A stretch of 64,000 bases of DNA from Nannocystis bainbridge (lineage in GTDB: Bacteria; Myxococcota_A; Polyangia; Nannocystales; Nannocystaceae). Position numbers and translations under genes: made by a program. The notes below the pieces were generated by a model, which was given only the letters and a program-made list of their open reading frames with translations, was not told where the DNA came from and did not search any database. Shown here piece after piece: positions 1 to 10,397 of the stretch. The stretch covers positions 1,728,001-1,792,000 of the forward strand of contig NZ_JAQNDL010000001.1 in assembly GCF_028368995.1 (NCBI RefSeq). Direction: 5' to 3'. The stretch's first letter is position 1. Each line of letters begins with the position of its first letter.

Positions 1-1264
1 GATCGGCGTACTCGTTCCAGTGCACGCAGCTGTTGCCGGCCGCAGGGCCGTCGTTCCGCCAGGTGAAGAGCCACTTGCTGTTCGTCGGCACGCACAGATA
101 ATTGTCGGACCACGCATGCGGGTCGAGCGGCTCGACGATCTGCGTGCAGCGCATGCCGGCGATCGGCCCGGCCATCGACCACTGCGCGCCGATGTTCTGG
201 TCGGAGCAGAAGTAGTTGTCTTCCCACGTGTGCGGGTCCGAGCCCTCGCCGATCTGGACGCAGTGCTTGCCCGCGAGCGGCCCCGACGACGACCAGGACA
301 GCGTCTGGCGGTCGCCGTAGAGCCACTGGATCCCGAGCATGTCGTCGTACCGGAGGTTGGGCTTCGGATCGTTGTAAAAGGCGTACATCACCGCGTCCGT
401 GTCGTCGGAGTGATTGAGCCCCAGCGCGTGGCCGATCTCGTGCAGCGCCACCGAGCGCAGATCGGTCAGCCCGGCGCCGCCGCCGAGGTTCCAGGTCTCG
501 TCCTCGTCGAAGTGGACGTCGCCCAGGATGCCGTCGCCCGGCGGCCACGCGTGGGCGAGCACGCCGCCCGCGCCGTTGAACGGCCAGTTGTCGCCGTGAT
601 TGCCGGCGCCGAAGCTGATCTCGATCTCGGCGTCGTTCTCCTCGTAAAACCGCAGGTTTGTCACCCCGCCCCAGCGCGCGAACGCCTCGGCGATGGCAGC
701 CCGCGTGTCGGCCTGCGACAGGTCGCCGGTGAAGCTGCGAAAGCGATAACGGACCTGGTTGCTGCCCCAGGTGCTGCCGGACGTGTTGTAGTTGGAGCCG
801 CCCTTCCGCGCGTGGGGAGTCTCGTAATAATCGGGGATCCCACACCGCGGAACGGCCATGAGCCGCTGGGTCTCGGCGTTCAGGGTGCCGTCGGCGACCA
901 GCCCGTGGGCCTCCTGGAACCGCACGACGGCCTCGGCGAGCACTTCGTCGAAGACCTCGGGGTCGGCCGGCTCCTCGGTGAACACCGGCTTCCAGCCGGG
1001 CAGGTGCTCGAGCGCGGGGTTGGGGAAATAGCCGTAGCGCTTGAGGTAAGCGTGCGCCTGCGCGACCTCCTCGCCGCGATCGCCGAGCCCCGGCTCGGGC
1101 GTGGGATCGTCGGCGATGACATCGGCGACGGCGTCGAGGCCAGCGCCGTCGTCCTCGTCGATCGCGGGCAGCTCGCCCTCGGCGACGCACGAAACTGTGA
1201 GGCCAGCACACGCGAGCGCCACGAGACCACGCCGCGCAGGACTACCATGAATGAATGCATGCAT
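1..1264 (-). CDS. Matrixin (M10A) zinc metalloprotease lipoprotein with PG-binding-like prodomain; 3' end runs off the window
   Basis: Not in the ORF track because it has no stop inside the window. Manual translation from ATG 1264: MHAFIHGSPARRGLVALACAGLTVSC (lipobox), YLKRYGY, cysteine switch PRCGIPD, HEIGHALGLNHS, Met-turn AVMY, then Cys/Trp repeats. Confidence 0.9.
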   Translation of the reverse strand, partial: MHAFIHGSPARRGLVALACAGLTVSCVAEGELPAIDEDDGAGLDAVADVIADDPTPEPGLGDRGEEVAQAHAYLKRYGYFPNPALEHLPGWKPVFTEEPADPEVFDEVLAEAVVRFQEAHGLVADGTLNAETQRLMAVPRCGIPDYYETPHARKGGSNYNTSGSTWGSNQVRYRFRSFTGDLSQADTRAAIAEAFARWGGVTNLRFYEENDAEIEISFGAGNHGDNWPFNGAGGVLAHAWPPGDGILGDVHFDEDETWNLGGGAGLTDLRSVALHEIGHALGLNHSDDTDAVMYAFYNDPKPNLRYDDMLGIQWLYGDRQTLSWSSSGPLAGKHCVQIGEGSDPHTWEDNYFCSDQNIGAQWSMAGPIAGMRCTQIVEPLDPHAWSDNYLCVPTNSKWLFTWRNDGPAAGNSCVHWNEYAD

Positions 1265-1545
1265 GTCTAAAGTGTCTCTTTCTCAGGGTAAATGCCCCGA
1301 CAACGCCGGGGCCGAGTTCATGGAATATGCGGCGGGCCAGGGCGGTCCGGATCACCGCAGTCGCTGCAAGATCGACGCGAAGGCCCATCAAGGCAGCGAA
1401 CGGGCCGCAGCCCGGCGCAATCACCCCGTGGACAACCGCACGCCCGTCGGCTGCGTCGCCTGAAACCTCTCTGCGGCCCCCGGGTCATGCGGTTCGCCGA
1501 CGCGCCTCGCGCGGTGCGCGGTACGCCCGGCGAGCCACCGCCCAA

Positions 1546-4233
1546 TCATAGGACTGGCGATTGGCCAGAGCGCATGTCGCCCTCACCCCGCGTCGCGAAC
1601 TGGCGCCGCAGGTACGGCGCCGTGCGGCTGTCCTGCGCCTCGCACACGACCCGCGGCGGCCCGCTGGCGACCACCCGACCGCCGGCATCGCCCGCGCCCG
1701 GGCCGATGTCGATCACCCAGTCGCAGGCCGCGACGATGCGCAGGTCGTGCTCGACCAGCACCACCGTGTTGCCGCGATCGACCAGGCCCTGCAGGCGCGC
1801 CATCAGCTTGTCGACATCGGCCGGGTGCAGGCCCGTGCTCGGCTCGTCGAGCACGTACAGCGTGTCGCCGCGCTGCGCCCGCTGCAGCTCGGTCGCCAGC
1901 TTGATCCGCTGGGCCTCGCCGCCCGACAGCTCCGTCGCCGGCTGACCGAGCCGGAGATAGCCGAGGCCGATGTCATGAAGCAGCGCCAGCGGACGGTGCA
2001 CCACGGCCTCGTCGGCGAAGAACGCCTGCGCCTCGTCGACCGTCATGCGCAGGACCTCGGCGATGTTCTTGCCGCCCCACGTCACCTGCAGCGTCTTGTC
2101 GTTGTAGCGCGCGCCCTGGCAGGTCGGGCACGGCGCGTACACGCTCGGCATGAACAGCAGCTCGACGCTGACGAAGCCCTCGCCCTCGCAGGTGTCGCAG
2201 CGGCCGCCGGCGACGTTGAACGAGAAGCGACCGGCGTCGTAGCGGCGCGCCCGCGCCGTCGGCGTGGCGGCGAACAGCTTGCGCACGGCGTCGAAGAGGC
2301 CGGTATAGGTGGCGAGGTTCGAGCGCGGGGTGCGACCGATCGGCCGCTGGTCCACGCGCACGAGCCGGCGCAGAGCCTCGCCGCCGGCGTGGATCTTTCC
2401 GCTCGTGGCGCTCTTGACCTGCGGCCCCGCGGCGACGTCGTCCTCCTCCTCTTCGGCGCCGCCGGCCTGGCCGAGGTGCTCGCCGACCAGCTCGACCAGC
2501 GCCTGACTGACGAGGCTCGACTTGCCCGAACCCGACACGCCGGTCACCGCCGTCAACGCGCCGAGCGGGAATCGGACGTCGAGCCCGCGCAGGTTGTTGC
2601 GAGTGACGCCGCGCAGCTCGAGCCAGCCCGTCGGGGTCCGCGGCGCCCTCGTCCCGGCGACCGGCGGCGCGAACAGATAACGCGCCGTCTGCGAACCAAC
2701 CACGCCCGCGAGCCCCGCCGGCGGCCCGCTGTAGAGCACCTCGCCGCCGTGCTGGCCGGCCCCGGGCCCGACGTCGATCAGCCAGTCGGCGCGGCGCATG
2801 GTGTCGAGGTCGTGCTCGACCACGAACAGCGAGTTGCCGGCGCGCAGCAATTGCTCGAGCGCCCGCAGCAGCGCCTCGTTGTCGGCCGGGTGCAGGCCGG
2901 CGGTCGGCTCGTCGAGCACGTAGACCACGCCGAACAGGTTGGAGTGGAGCTGGGTCGCCAGCCGCAGCCGCTGCAATTCACCGGAGGACAAGGTCGGCGT
3001 GGTGCGATCGAGCGCGAGGTAGCCGAGGCCGAGCTGCTGCAAGGTGGCGATCCGCCCGAGCAGCTCGTGGGCGATGCGCTGGGCCGCGAGCTGCTTCTCG
3101 GGCGAGAGGTCGGGCGTGCGCCGCACGTCGGGCGCACCCGCGTGGGCCGAGCCGCCAGCCGCGACGCGACGGGCCCGATCGCGCTGCCCGGCGGTCCGAC
3201 TGCGCACCGCCTTGCCGCCCACGGCGGCCATTTCGAAGCGACCCTCGGCGGCGGGCTTCAGGACCTCGGCCAGGCGATCGAGCGGCAGCTGCGACAGCTC
3301 GCCGATGTCGAGCCCGGCGAAGGTGACGGCCAGCGCCTCGGGCTTGAGACGCTTGCCGTGACACACCGGACAGACGGTGCCGGTCATGAACCGGGCCACG
3401 CGCTTCTTCATCAGCGCGCTCTGGGTGGTGGCGAAGGTGTGAAGCACGTAGCGGCGCGCGCCCATGAAGGTGCCCTGGTAGCTCGGCTCGAGCTTGCGCT
3501 TGAGCGCCGCGCGCGTCTCGGCGGGCGTGAAGCCGGCGTACACCGGCACAGTCGGCTGCTCCTCGGTGTAGAGGATCCACTCGCGGTCCTTCTTCGGCAG
3601 CTCGCGCCACGGCCGGTCGACGTCGTAGCCGAGGGTCACAAGGATGTCGCGCAGGTTCTGCCCGTGCCATGCCGGCGGCCACGAGGCGATCGCCCGCTCG
3701 CGGATCGATTTGCCGTCGTCAGGCACCATCGATCGCTCGCTGACGTCGTAGACGTTGCCGAGGCCGTGACAGTTCGGACAGGCGCCCTGGCTGGTGTTGG
3801 GCGAGAAGTCCTCGGCGTACAGCATCGGCTGCTTGGCCGGGTAGCTGCCGGCGCGCGAGTAGAGCAGGCGGATCTGGCTCGAGAGGGTGGTGACGCTGCC
3901 GACCGAGGAGCGCACGCTCGGCGCGCCGCGTTGCTGCTGCAAGGCCACCGCCGGCGGCAGTCCGTCGATGCTGTCGACGTCGGGCACGCCGACCTGGTCG
4001 ATGAGGCGGCGAGCGTACGGCGCGACCGACTCGAAGTAGCGCCGCTGCGCCTCGGCGTACAGCGTGCCGAACGCGAGCGAGGACTTGCCCGAGCCGGAGA
4101 CGCCCGAGAACACGACAAAGGCGTCGCGCGGGACATCGACGTCGATATTTTTTAAATTGTGCTCGCGCGCGCCGCGGACGCGGACGCAGCGCATGGCGGA
4201 CGGGGCAGCAGCGGGGTCGTCGGACCGTTGCAT
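1546..4233 (-). CDS. uvrA: UvrA-family ABC ATPase (class II / UvrA2, DrrC-like)
   Basis: GAREHNLKNI, two Walker A motifs (GVSGSGKSS), LSSGE and LSGGE signatures, LDEP Walker B motifs, CxxC zinc fingers. Shorter than canonical UvrA in the UvrB-binding region. Confidence 0.92.
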   Translation of the reverse strand: MQRSDDPAAAPSAMRCVRVRGAREHNLKNIDVDVPRDAFVVFSGVSGSGKSSLAFGTLYAEAQRRYFESVAPYARRLIDQVGVPDVDSIDGLPPAVALQQQRGAPSVRSSVGSVTTLSSQIRLLYSRAGSYPAKQPMLYAEDFSPNTSQGACPNCHGLGNVYDVSERSMVPDDGKSIRERAIASWPPAWHGQNLRDILVTLGYDVDRPWRELPKKDREWILYTEEQPTVPVYAGFTPAETRAALKRKLEPSYQGTFMGARRYVLHTFATTQSALMKKRVARFMTGTVCPVCHGKRLKPEALAVTFAGLDIGELSQLPLDRLAEVLKPAAEGRFEMAAVGGKAVRSRTAGQRDRARRVAAGGSAHAGAPDVRRTPDLSPEKQLAAQRIAHELLGRIATLQQLGLGYLALDRTTPTLSSGELQRLRLATQLHSNLFGVVYVLDEPTAGLHPADNEALLRALEQLLRAGNSLFVVEHDLDTMRRADWLIDVGPGAGQHGGEVLYSGPPAGLAGVVGSQTARYLFAPPVAGTRAPRTPTGWLELRGVTRNNLRGLDVRFPLGALTAVTGVSGSGKSSLVSQALVELVGEHLGQAGGAEEEEDDVAAGPQVKSATSGKIHAGGEALRRLVRVDQRPIGRTPRSNLATYTGLFDAVRKLFAATPTARARRYDAGRFSFNVAGGRCDTCEGEGFVSVELLFMPSVYAPCPTCQGARYNDKTLQVTWGGKNIAEVLRMTVDEAQAFFADEAVVHRPLALLHDIGLGYLRLGQPATELSGGEAQRIKLATELQRAQRGDTLYVLDEPSTGLHPADVDKLMARLQGLVDRGNTVVLVEHDLRIVAACDWVIDIGPGAGDAGGRVVASGPPRVVCEAQDSRTAPYLRRQFATRGEGDMRSGQSPVL

Positions 4234-4405
4234 GTCGGGCGCAGCCTACCCCCGAACGGCGCCGACGCCGACATCCCGGCCAACACCGCCGCAGCCCCGC
4301 CCGCCCGCGCCAGGCCGGGCGACGGCGAAGCCAGCACGGCGGAGAACGCGGACGGCCGAGCCGGGGACCGCTGTCACGACCGGTCAGGCTCGCCGCGACT
4401 GGAGA

Positions 4406-4618
4406 ACATAAACCATCGGACATGTTCTCATCAACATGTCCTCATGGCCATCCGTCGAGGCCATGCTCGCTCTGCGACGGACCGCCTCGGGCACATGTCC
4501 CCACGAACATGTGTTGAAGCACAACATCGAGGTCGTGCTGATGCCCTCATGAGGTCGCCCTGCACGGCGAAGGACCACGAAAATACATGTCCTCGGGGAC
4601 ATGTCTCATCGAGCATAC
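4406..4618. promoter_or_regulatory. Cluster of 14-bp-phased ACATGT motifs upstream of uvrA
   Basis: ACATGT pairs at 4420/4434, 4493/4507 and 4585/4599, each with an 8-nt spacer; degenerate in-phase copies at 4406 and 4613. Confidence 0.7.
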
Positions 4619-4671
4619 AAGAAGCTCGCTCCGCGGCGAAGCGGGCCGCAGCAGGTCGGTTACCCCGACGC

Positions 4672-6516
4672 TCACCGCCTGCGAGCACGCCGGCGCGGCA
4701 GCGCCGCCAGCACGACCAGCGTCCACAGACCCACCGGCCCGCCGGCGCTCGCGCAGCCGCAGCCGCCGTCGCCGGTCGCCGGCGCGCCGCTATCGCTCGC
4801 GCTCTCGCCCGTGCTCGGACCCGTCGTCGAGCTGCTGCCCTCGCCCGAGCTCGTGCCCGTCGTGGGCGCCTCGCCGGATTCGCTGCCTTCGCCGGTCGTA
4901 GGCGCGCACGCTGGGTCGCCCTCGCCGTCGCAGTCGTTGTCGACGCAATCCTCGGGCAGCTCGACCGCGCCCGGCCAGCGCGCCGGGTCGGCGTCGTCGC
5001 AGTCGCCCGCGCACAGGCGCACCCCGTCCCCGTCCCCGTCGGCCTCGTCCGCGGGCACTTCGCCGTCGCAGTCGTTGTCGCGCCCGTCGCACACCTCGGC
5101 CGCGCCGGGGTGACTGTTCGGATCGGCGTCGTCGCAGTCGTCGCCGCCGCAGTCGACCGCGAAGTGCTTGTCACCGTCGACGTCGACGCAGCTGCAGTAC
5201 AGCCCCGCCGCCGCCGGCCCGTCGACGAAGCCCCAGCCGAGGTCGTTGTCGGGCGCGTCGGGCTGGCTCGCGGTCGATCGCAGCAGCGCCCGCATGCCGG
5301 CCGGATCGAGCTCCGGATAGGCCTCGAGCAGCAGCGCGGCCACGCCGGCGACCAGCGGCGTCGAAAGGCTGGTGCCCTGCGACGCCTCGTAGGCGACCAG
5401 GCTGTCCGACCTGGCCATCCACACGTCCTGGCCCGGCGCCACCAGGTCGGGCTTGATCCGGTCGTCGGCCGTCGGCCCGCGCGACGAGAACGAGGTGACC
5501 ACGCCGTCGAAGTCGGACGCGCCGACGGCGATCACGCCGTCGACATCCGCCGGCGCGTTGAGGGTCTTCGGCCCCGGCCCCTGATTGCCGATCGCCGCGA
5601 ACATGATGAGCCCGTTGGCGACCGCCACCTTCGCGGCCTGCGACACCACCGCGGTCTCGCCGTCGAGCTGCTGCGGCTCGTACCAGTCGGAGTAGCCGAG
5701 CGAGGCGGTGAAGATGTCGGCGCCCATGCCCTCGATCCACTCGAGGCCGGCCACGTAATAATCCTCCTCGTACGGATCCTCGACGTCGATGCGCTCGGTC
5801 TTGGCGAGCAGCAGCGAGACCCCGGGCGCCACGCCGGTGAACACCTCGCCGTCGGCGGCGACGATCAGCGACAGCACGCCGGTGCCGTGGTGCTGCTGCC
5901 CGGGCGTATCGCCCGCCTCGTCGGCCACGACGTCGTCGCCCTGGACGAAATCGCGGGCCGCGAGCACCTGCACGCCCGCGAACGCCTGGTGCGCCAGCGT
6001 GAAGCCGGTGTCCTGCACGCCGACCACCACCCCGGCGCCGGTCAGCCCGCACGCGTGCAGCTCGGGCACGTGCAGCGCCGAAAGGTGCGGCCAAGACAGC
6101 CCTTTGGCTGGAACGGGCGTCGACTCGTCGGTCACGGGCAGCGGGTGCTGGTGCCGCCGCGAGCGCGCCACCGGCCGCACGCCGGCGACGAACGGCAGGC
6201 GGGCGATCGCGGCCCGCTGGGCGGCGTCGGCGTCGACGCTCACAGCATTGAGCCAGCGCGAGGTGGCACGAATGCGGGCGCCGGTGGCCGTCACCGATTG
6301 CACATAGTCCGCGGCCGGCGGGACGTCGCGGACATCGAGGCCCCGATCGCCGCGGACCCGCGCCCGCCGCTGCAACGCTCGCGGCGCCAGCTCCCGCGCC
6401 TGCCGCTCCAGCGCGAGCTCGAGGCCCGCCCCCGCGACCTGCTTGTCGCTGAAGAACACCCACGTCGGCGGCTCCACCAGGACCGTGGTGATGGCTAGCG
6501 CGGCGATCTGCAGCAT
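4672..6516 (-). CDS. S8 subtilisin-like serine protease with Cys/Asp metal-binding repeats and MYXO-CTERM anchor
   Basis: Catalytic motifs VQDTG, HHGTGV and GTSLSTP; DCDD..PGAxExCD repeats; C-terminus GGCGCASAGG-hydrophobic-RRRARRR; GAGGAG RBS before ATG 6516. Confidence 0.92.
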   Translation of the reverse strand: MLQIAALAITTVLVEPPTWVFFSDKQVAGAGLELALERQARELAPRALQRRARVRGDRGLDVRDVPPAADYVQSVTATGARIRATSRWLNAVSVDADAAQRAAIARLPFVAGVRPVARSRRHQHPLPVTDESTPVPAKGLSWPHLSALHVPELHACGLTGAGVVVGVQDTGFTLAHQAFAGVQVLAARDFVQGDDVVADEAGDTPGQQHHGTGVLSLIVAADGEVFTGVAPGVSLLLAKTERIDVEDPYEEDYYVAGLEWIEGMGADIFTASLGYSDWYEPQQLDGETAVVSQAAKVAVANGLIMFAAIGNQGPGPKTLNAPADVDGVIAVGASDFDGVVTSFSSRGPTADDRIKPDLVAPGQDVWMARSDSLVAYEASQGTSLSTPLVAGVAALLLEAYPELDPAGMRALLRSTASQPDAPDNDLGWGFVDGPAAAGLYCSCVDVDGDKHFAVDCGGDDCDDADPNSHPGAAEVCDGRDNDCDGEVPADEADGDGDGVRLCAGDCDDADPARWPGAVELPEDCVDNDCDGEGDPACAPTTGEGSESGEAPTTGTSSGEGSSSTTGPSTGESASDSGAPATGDGGCGCASAGGPVGLWTLVVLAALPRRRARRR

Positions 6517-6707
6517 CTCGGCGTCCCCTCCTCGGCATTGTCGCCGTGAACCTCCGCGAGCGCGGCCCGTCGCCTGCGCCGGCGGGTGAGGCAGGTCTCT
6601 GCAGCGCCGCGACGGAATCATCGCCGACCGGCGCCCGAGGATGCCGGACCGGGGAGCACCTGACTTCCCCGACCGCGCTCACCCGGGGCCCGACCGAAGA
6701 CGCACCC

Positions 6708-6977
6708 ACATGCTCGCAAGGACATGTGGATTCACCGACCGCGCGTACCCGGTGCCCGACCGGCGTCGCAAGGACATGTTCTAAAGGACATGTCTCATCC
6801 GTGCCCGGATCCCCGCGCGCCGCGGCCTACCCACGCCCACCTGCGCCGGTTACCTCGTCGTCCCGCGACCCCCCGCGCCCCATGCCCCTGCGCCGACCCT
6901 GGTCCGCCGATTCGCGCGATTCGTTCGCATCATGACTTTTTGGACATGTCTAATACAACATGTCCATAAGAACACGT
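6708..6977. promoter_or_regulatory. Cluster of 14-bp-phased ACATGT motifs
   Basis: Pairs at 6708/6722 and 6774/6788, plus a four-unit run at 6930 (TCATGA), 6944, 6958 and 6972 (ACACGT). Confidence 0.7.
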
Positions 6978-6985
6978 CGCATCCC

Positions 6986-7933
6986 TCAGCCCCGCCCCGC
7001 GACCCCGAAGCGGCGGCGATATGCCCCCGGCGACAGCCCGAGAATTCTATTAAAAATCTTGCGGAACGCCCCCGGATCGCCGTAGCCGACCTTCCACGCC
7101 ACCTCCGCGATCGACAGGTCCGACCGCTCCAGCAGGTCGCGCGCCTTGCCGACGCGCAGGTGCTGTAAATACTGCGCCGGCCGCAGCCCCGTCGCCTTGA
7201 CGAACCGGCGCAGGAACGTCCGCTCGCCGAGGCCCGCGCAGGCCGCCATCGCCGGCAGCGCGATCGGCCCGCCGCTCTTCGCTTGCAGCAGGCGCTGGAC
7301 CTTGCGGATCGCCGCGTCGCCGTGGCCCAGCGCGGGCGCGAACACGCTGTAGAAGCGCTGCTCGCGGCCGCCCGGATCGACCAGGAAATAGCGCGCGATC
7401 GCCAGCATGATCGCCGGACCGAACAGGCGCTCGATCAGCTTGAGCCCGAGGTCGGTCCACGCCATCAGCCCGCCGGCCGTGATCACGTCGCCGTCGTCGA
7501 CCAGCAGGCGGTCGGTCGCCAGCGCGACCTCGGGGAAGCGGGCCGCGAACGCGCCGGCCAGCGCCCAGTGGGTCGTCGCCACCCGATCTGCCAGCAGGCC
7601 CGCCTCCGCCAGCAAGAACGTGCCCGCGCACACCGAGCACACCAGCGTGCCCTCGCCGTGACGCGCGGCGAGCCAGGCCGCCAGCGGGCCCGTGCCCTCG
7701 CGCGGGCTGCCCGCGAGGCTCGGCGGCACGATCACCGCCGCCAGCGGCCCGGTCGGCGGTCGCCCCTCCTCCGGCCGCCACGCCACCACCTCGAGCGGCG
7801 CGCGAGCGTCCGCGCCCTCGGCGGCCAGCCGGCTGGCGACCGTGAACATGTCGGTGAGCCCGTACACCGCCGACAGCTGCGCGCCCGGGTAGACGAGGAT
7901 GACGACGCGCCGCGGTCTCTGGCGAGCTGGCAT
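6986..7933 (-). CDS. GlxA-family transcriptional regulator (DJ-1/PfpI + AraC HTH)
   Basis: SVCAGTFLLAEAGLL, ATTHW, ITAGG; C-terminal AraC signature IAEVAWKVGYGDPGAFRKIF. Confidence 0.93.
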   Translation of the reverse strand: MPARQRPRRVVILVYPGAQLSAVYGLTDMFTVASRLAAEGADARAPLEVVAWRPEEGRPPTGPLAAVIVPPSLAGSPREGTGPLAAWLAARHGEGTLVCSVCAGTFLLAEAGLLADRVATTHWALAGAFAARFPEVALATDRLLVDDGDVITAGGLMAWTDLGLKLIERLFGPAIMLAIARYFLVDPGGREQRFYSVFAPALGHGDAAIRKVQRLLQAKSGGPIALPAMAACAGLGERTFLRRFVKATGLRPAQYLQHLRVGKARDLLERSDLSIAEVAWKVGYGDPGAFRKIFNRILGLSPGAYRRRFGVAGRG

Positions 7934-8005
7934 GTGTCAATTTTGCCACGAAGAAAGTCACTCCTGCCGCTCGTGGCGGGGTGACGCGCGGCCTATTTTT
8001 CCGCC

Positions 8006-8566
8006 ATGCCTCGTCGCGCCCTGATCGTCATCGACCTGCAGAACGACTACTTCTCCGGCGGCAATTGGACCCTCGTCGGCATCGACGCCGCCGCCGCCAA
8101 CGCGGCCCGCCTGCTCGCCGCGGCCCGCTCCGCCGGCGACCTCGTGGTCCACGTCCGCCACGAGAACCCGGCCCCCGACGCCCCCTTCTTCGTGCCCGGC
8201 ACCGCGGGCGCCGACATCCACGCCTCCGTCCTGCCGACCGCGGGCGAGGCCGTCGTGCTCAAGCACCAGATCAACTCGTTCCGCGACACCGACCTGCAGG
8301 CGATCCTCGATCGCCACGGCGTCCGCGAGCTCGTGATCGCCGGCGCGATGAGCCACATGTGCATCGACGCCGCCACCCGCGCGTCCGCCGATCTGGGCTA
8401 TGCGGTGACCCTGATCCACGACGCCTGCGCCTCGCGCGACCTCGAGTTCGGCGATGTCCGCGTGCCCGCGGCCCACGTGCACGCCGCCTTCATGTCGGCC
8501 CTCGGCTTCGCCTACGCGACCCTCGTCGCCACCGACGATTATCTCGCACGGACGCGCGCGACCTGA
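8006..8566 (+). CDS. Cysteine hydrolase (isochorismatase family)
   Basis: ALIVIDLQNDYF, K..INSF, GAMSHMCIDAATR; divergent from the GlxA regulator, a common pairing. Confidence 0.93.
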   Translation: MPRRALIVIDLQNDYFSGGNWTLVGIDAAAANAARLLAAARSAGDLVVHVRHENPAPDAPFFVPGTAGADIHASVLPTAGEAVVLKHQINSFRDTDLQAILDRHGVRELVIAGAMSHMCIDAATRASADLGYAVTLIHDACASRDLEFGDVRVPAAHVHAAFMSALGFAYATLVATDDYLARTRAT

Positions 8567-8629
8567 GGACGAAGCGCCGGCGCTCGCTCGCCGGCACCGA
8601 CAAGACCTCGCCGCGCCATCGCTAGCCCG

Positions 8630-9481
8630 TCAACGCCGGCGCGGCTTCTTCTTCTCGATGATCGTCGTCATGCGCCCCGTCGCGCCGTCGATGCGGGTCC
8701 GGCCCGGCAGGGTCGCACGCACGTGCCGTCCCTCCCAACCGCCCTCGACGGCGACAAGCTCGAGCTCGCCGCGCGGTGGTTCGCTGCAGCTCGCGAGATC
8801 GAGCAAGCGCTGCTCGGCGCCCTCGTGGTCGACCGGTCCCGCGTCCGCGTGGCGACCGAGCCGCTCGAGGTACGTCGCAAGCTCGGGGGCACCGACCGCG
8901 CGGGCCTGCGGCGCCCAGGTGGCCGCGCGGCGCAGCGTCTCCTCGATCTGCACGCCGCGATAGACCGCATTACACGCGGCGTCGCGCGCGTGGTGGCCGA
9001 CGATCCTGAACATGTAAAGGCGCTTGGGCACCCGCGGCTCGGCGGCGACCGCCAGCAGCGTCGGCACCAGCGCGTCGAGCATCAGCAGCAGGTCCTCGTC
9101 CTGGCTCATCAGGCTCCACCGCGGCTGCCACGCCCAGCGCTTGACCAGCCCCGGGCTGACGCGCCCGAGGTTCTCCTCGGTGTGATGGAGCGGGACCAGC
9201 CCGGCCGCCGCGAACGCGTCCCACAGGCGCCGGATCGCGTCGTCGATCTCGCCGGCGACCTGCGGCGGCGCCCCGGTGAGCTCGGCCCACCGATTCGGCG
9301 ACAGCCGCCCGTGGCGATACAGCCGCAGCAGGCTGCGGGCGATCTGCGGCCCCTCATCGTCCGCCAGCCCGCGCAGCCGCTCGACCCAGGCCGCGATGCT
9401 GCCCTCGTCGCCGCGCCACGCCACGGGCCCCAGGATCTGGACGACCCGGGCGAACTCGGCGCGCTGGCGGGCACGGGCCAT
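8630..9481 (-). CDS. Hypothetical protein
   Basis: Globular-looking ORF with high GC3; likely start MARARQR at 9481; WAWQPRWSLMSQDEDLLL segment. Confidence 0.65.
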   Translation of the reverse strand: MARARQRAEFARVVQILGPVAWRGDEGSIAAWVERLRGLADDEGPQIARSLLRLYRHGRLSPNRWAELTGAPPQVAGEIDDAIRRLWDAFAAAGLVPLHHTEENLGRVSPGLVKRWAWQPRWSLMSQDEDLLLMLDALVPTLLAVAAEPRVPKRLYMFRIVGHHARDAACNAVYRGVQIEETLRRAATWAPQARAVGAPELATYLERLGRHADAGPVDHEGAEQRLLDLASCSEPPRGELELVAVEGGWEGRHVRATLPGRTRIDGATGRMTTIIEKKKPRRR

Positions 9482-9545
9482 CGCTCGACGGTACGACGGA
9501 GCGGGCGATCCGTCACCCATCCGGCCGCCGCTACCCCCATGCACC

Positions 9546-9998
9546 GTGCCCGTCCTCGCGCTCGACCTCGCCGTCTCGCCCGCCGTCGCAGTGGCCCACG
9601 CGGCCGAGCAATTCTCTGACCAGCCCGGCGCCGCCTGCCGGTTCCGCGCCCACGCCGAGCCGTGCTGCTTCTACCTCGACGCGCGCAAGCCCGGCGGCTC
9701 GACCAGCGCCTGGTTCGTGCTGCTGCGGCGCGACCGCGACGGCGCTCGCCTCGAGCTGGTGCCCACCGCCAGCGGCGCGCGGCTGCTGCAGCTGTTCGCG
9801 GGCGTGCTCGCCCTCGTCGGCGCGTGGCAGCGCGTCGACTGGTTCGCGCTGCTGGCGATCGTCCCGGTGCTGTTCCTCGCGCTGGCGTGCGAAGCCTATG
9901 TCCGCCGCGCCGAACAGGCCGAGGTCGTCGCCGCCCTCGTCACCGCGTTCGAGCCGCTGCGCCGCAGGGGCCTGCCTTACCGCGAGCCGGCTGGATGA
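9546..9998 (+). CDS. Hypothetical membrane protein (2 TM)
   Basis: GTG start; two hydrophobic helices (LLQLFAGVLALVGAW, WFALLAIVPVLFLALAC); ends LPYR. Confidence 0.6.
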   Translation: MPVLALDLAVSPAVAVAHAAEQFSDQPGAACRFRAHAEPCCFYLDARKPGGSTSAWFVLLRRDRDGARLELVPTASGARLLQLFAGVLALVGAWQRVDWFALLAIVPVLFLALACEAYVRRAEQAEVVAALVTAFEPLRRRGLPYREPAG

Positions 9999-10397
9999 CT
10001 TCGCGAATGCGTGCAGTCGCCCACGCGAACCCGCCTGCGCGCGATCGCTTATGCGGAGGACATCGATGTCCCACTGGCCGATTGACCGGCGACACCACGT
10101 CACGCTGCTTCGCCCCGGTGCTCGGGCCCGACCAACCCGCAGGCCCTGGTCGACGCGATCGAAGCGTCCGACGACTGCGACTTTTTAAAAAGGGCCGCGC
10201 GCCGAATGGGTCATGCGCCCGGACTTCGTTTCACCTGTGGCCGCAGAGCCCCGGCCGGGGTTTGCCGATTCGGCGCGGAATCGCCAACCAAGAAATTCGC
10301 GGCACCTCGAACAATTCGTGAGCCGGTTCGCCGGCCCTTCTCGCCTTCCCCTGTGAGCGCGGCGATCGCCGCCGCGAACAACGGAAAGCGAGACACG

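Noticed and set aside
20-1270. 416-aa plus-strand ORF, and many other long ORFs such as 1561-4155, 11122-13893, 35031-38717 and 49706-52699
   Set aside because: They are antisense or frame shadows of motif-bearing genes, which is expected at this GC content.
4406-6977. ACATGT arrays as a known site (LexA box, parS, CRP/MrpC, p53 half-site look-alike) or as transposon ends
   Set aside because: TGT-N8-ACA spacing does not fit those bacterial consensus sites as I recall them. The p53 likeness is coincidental, and there is no transposase or target duplication.
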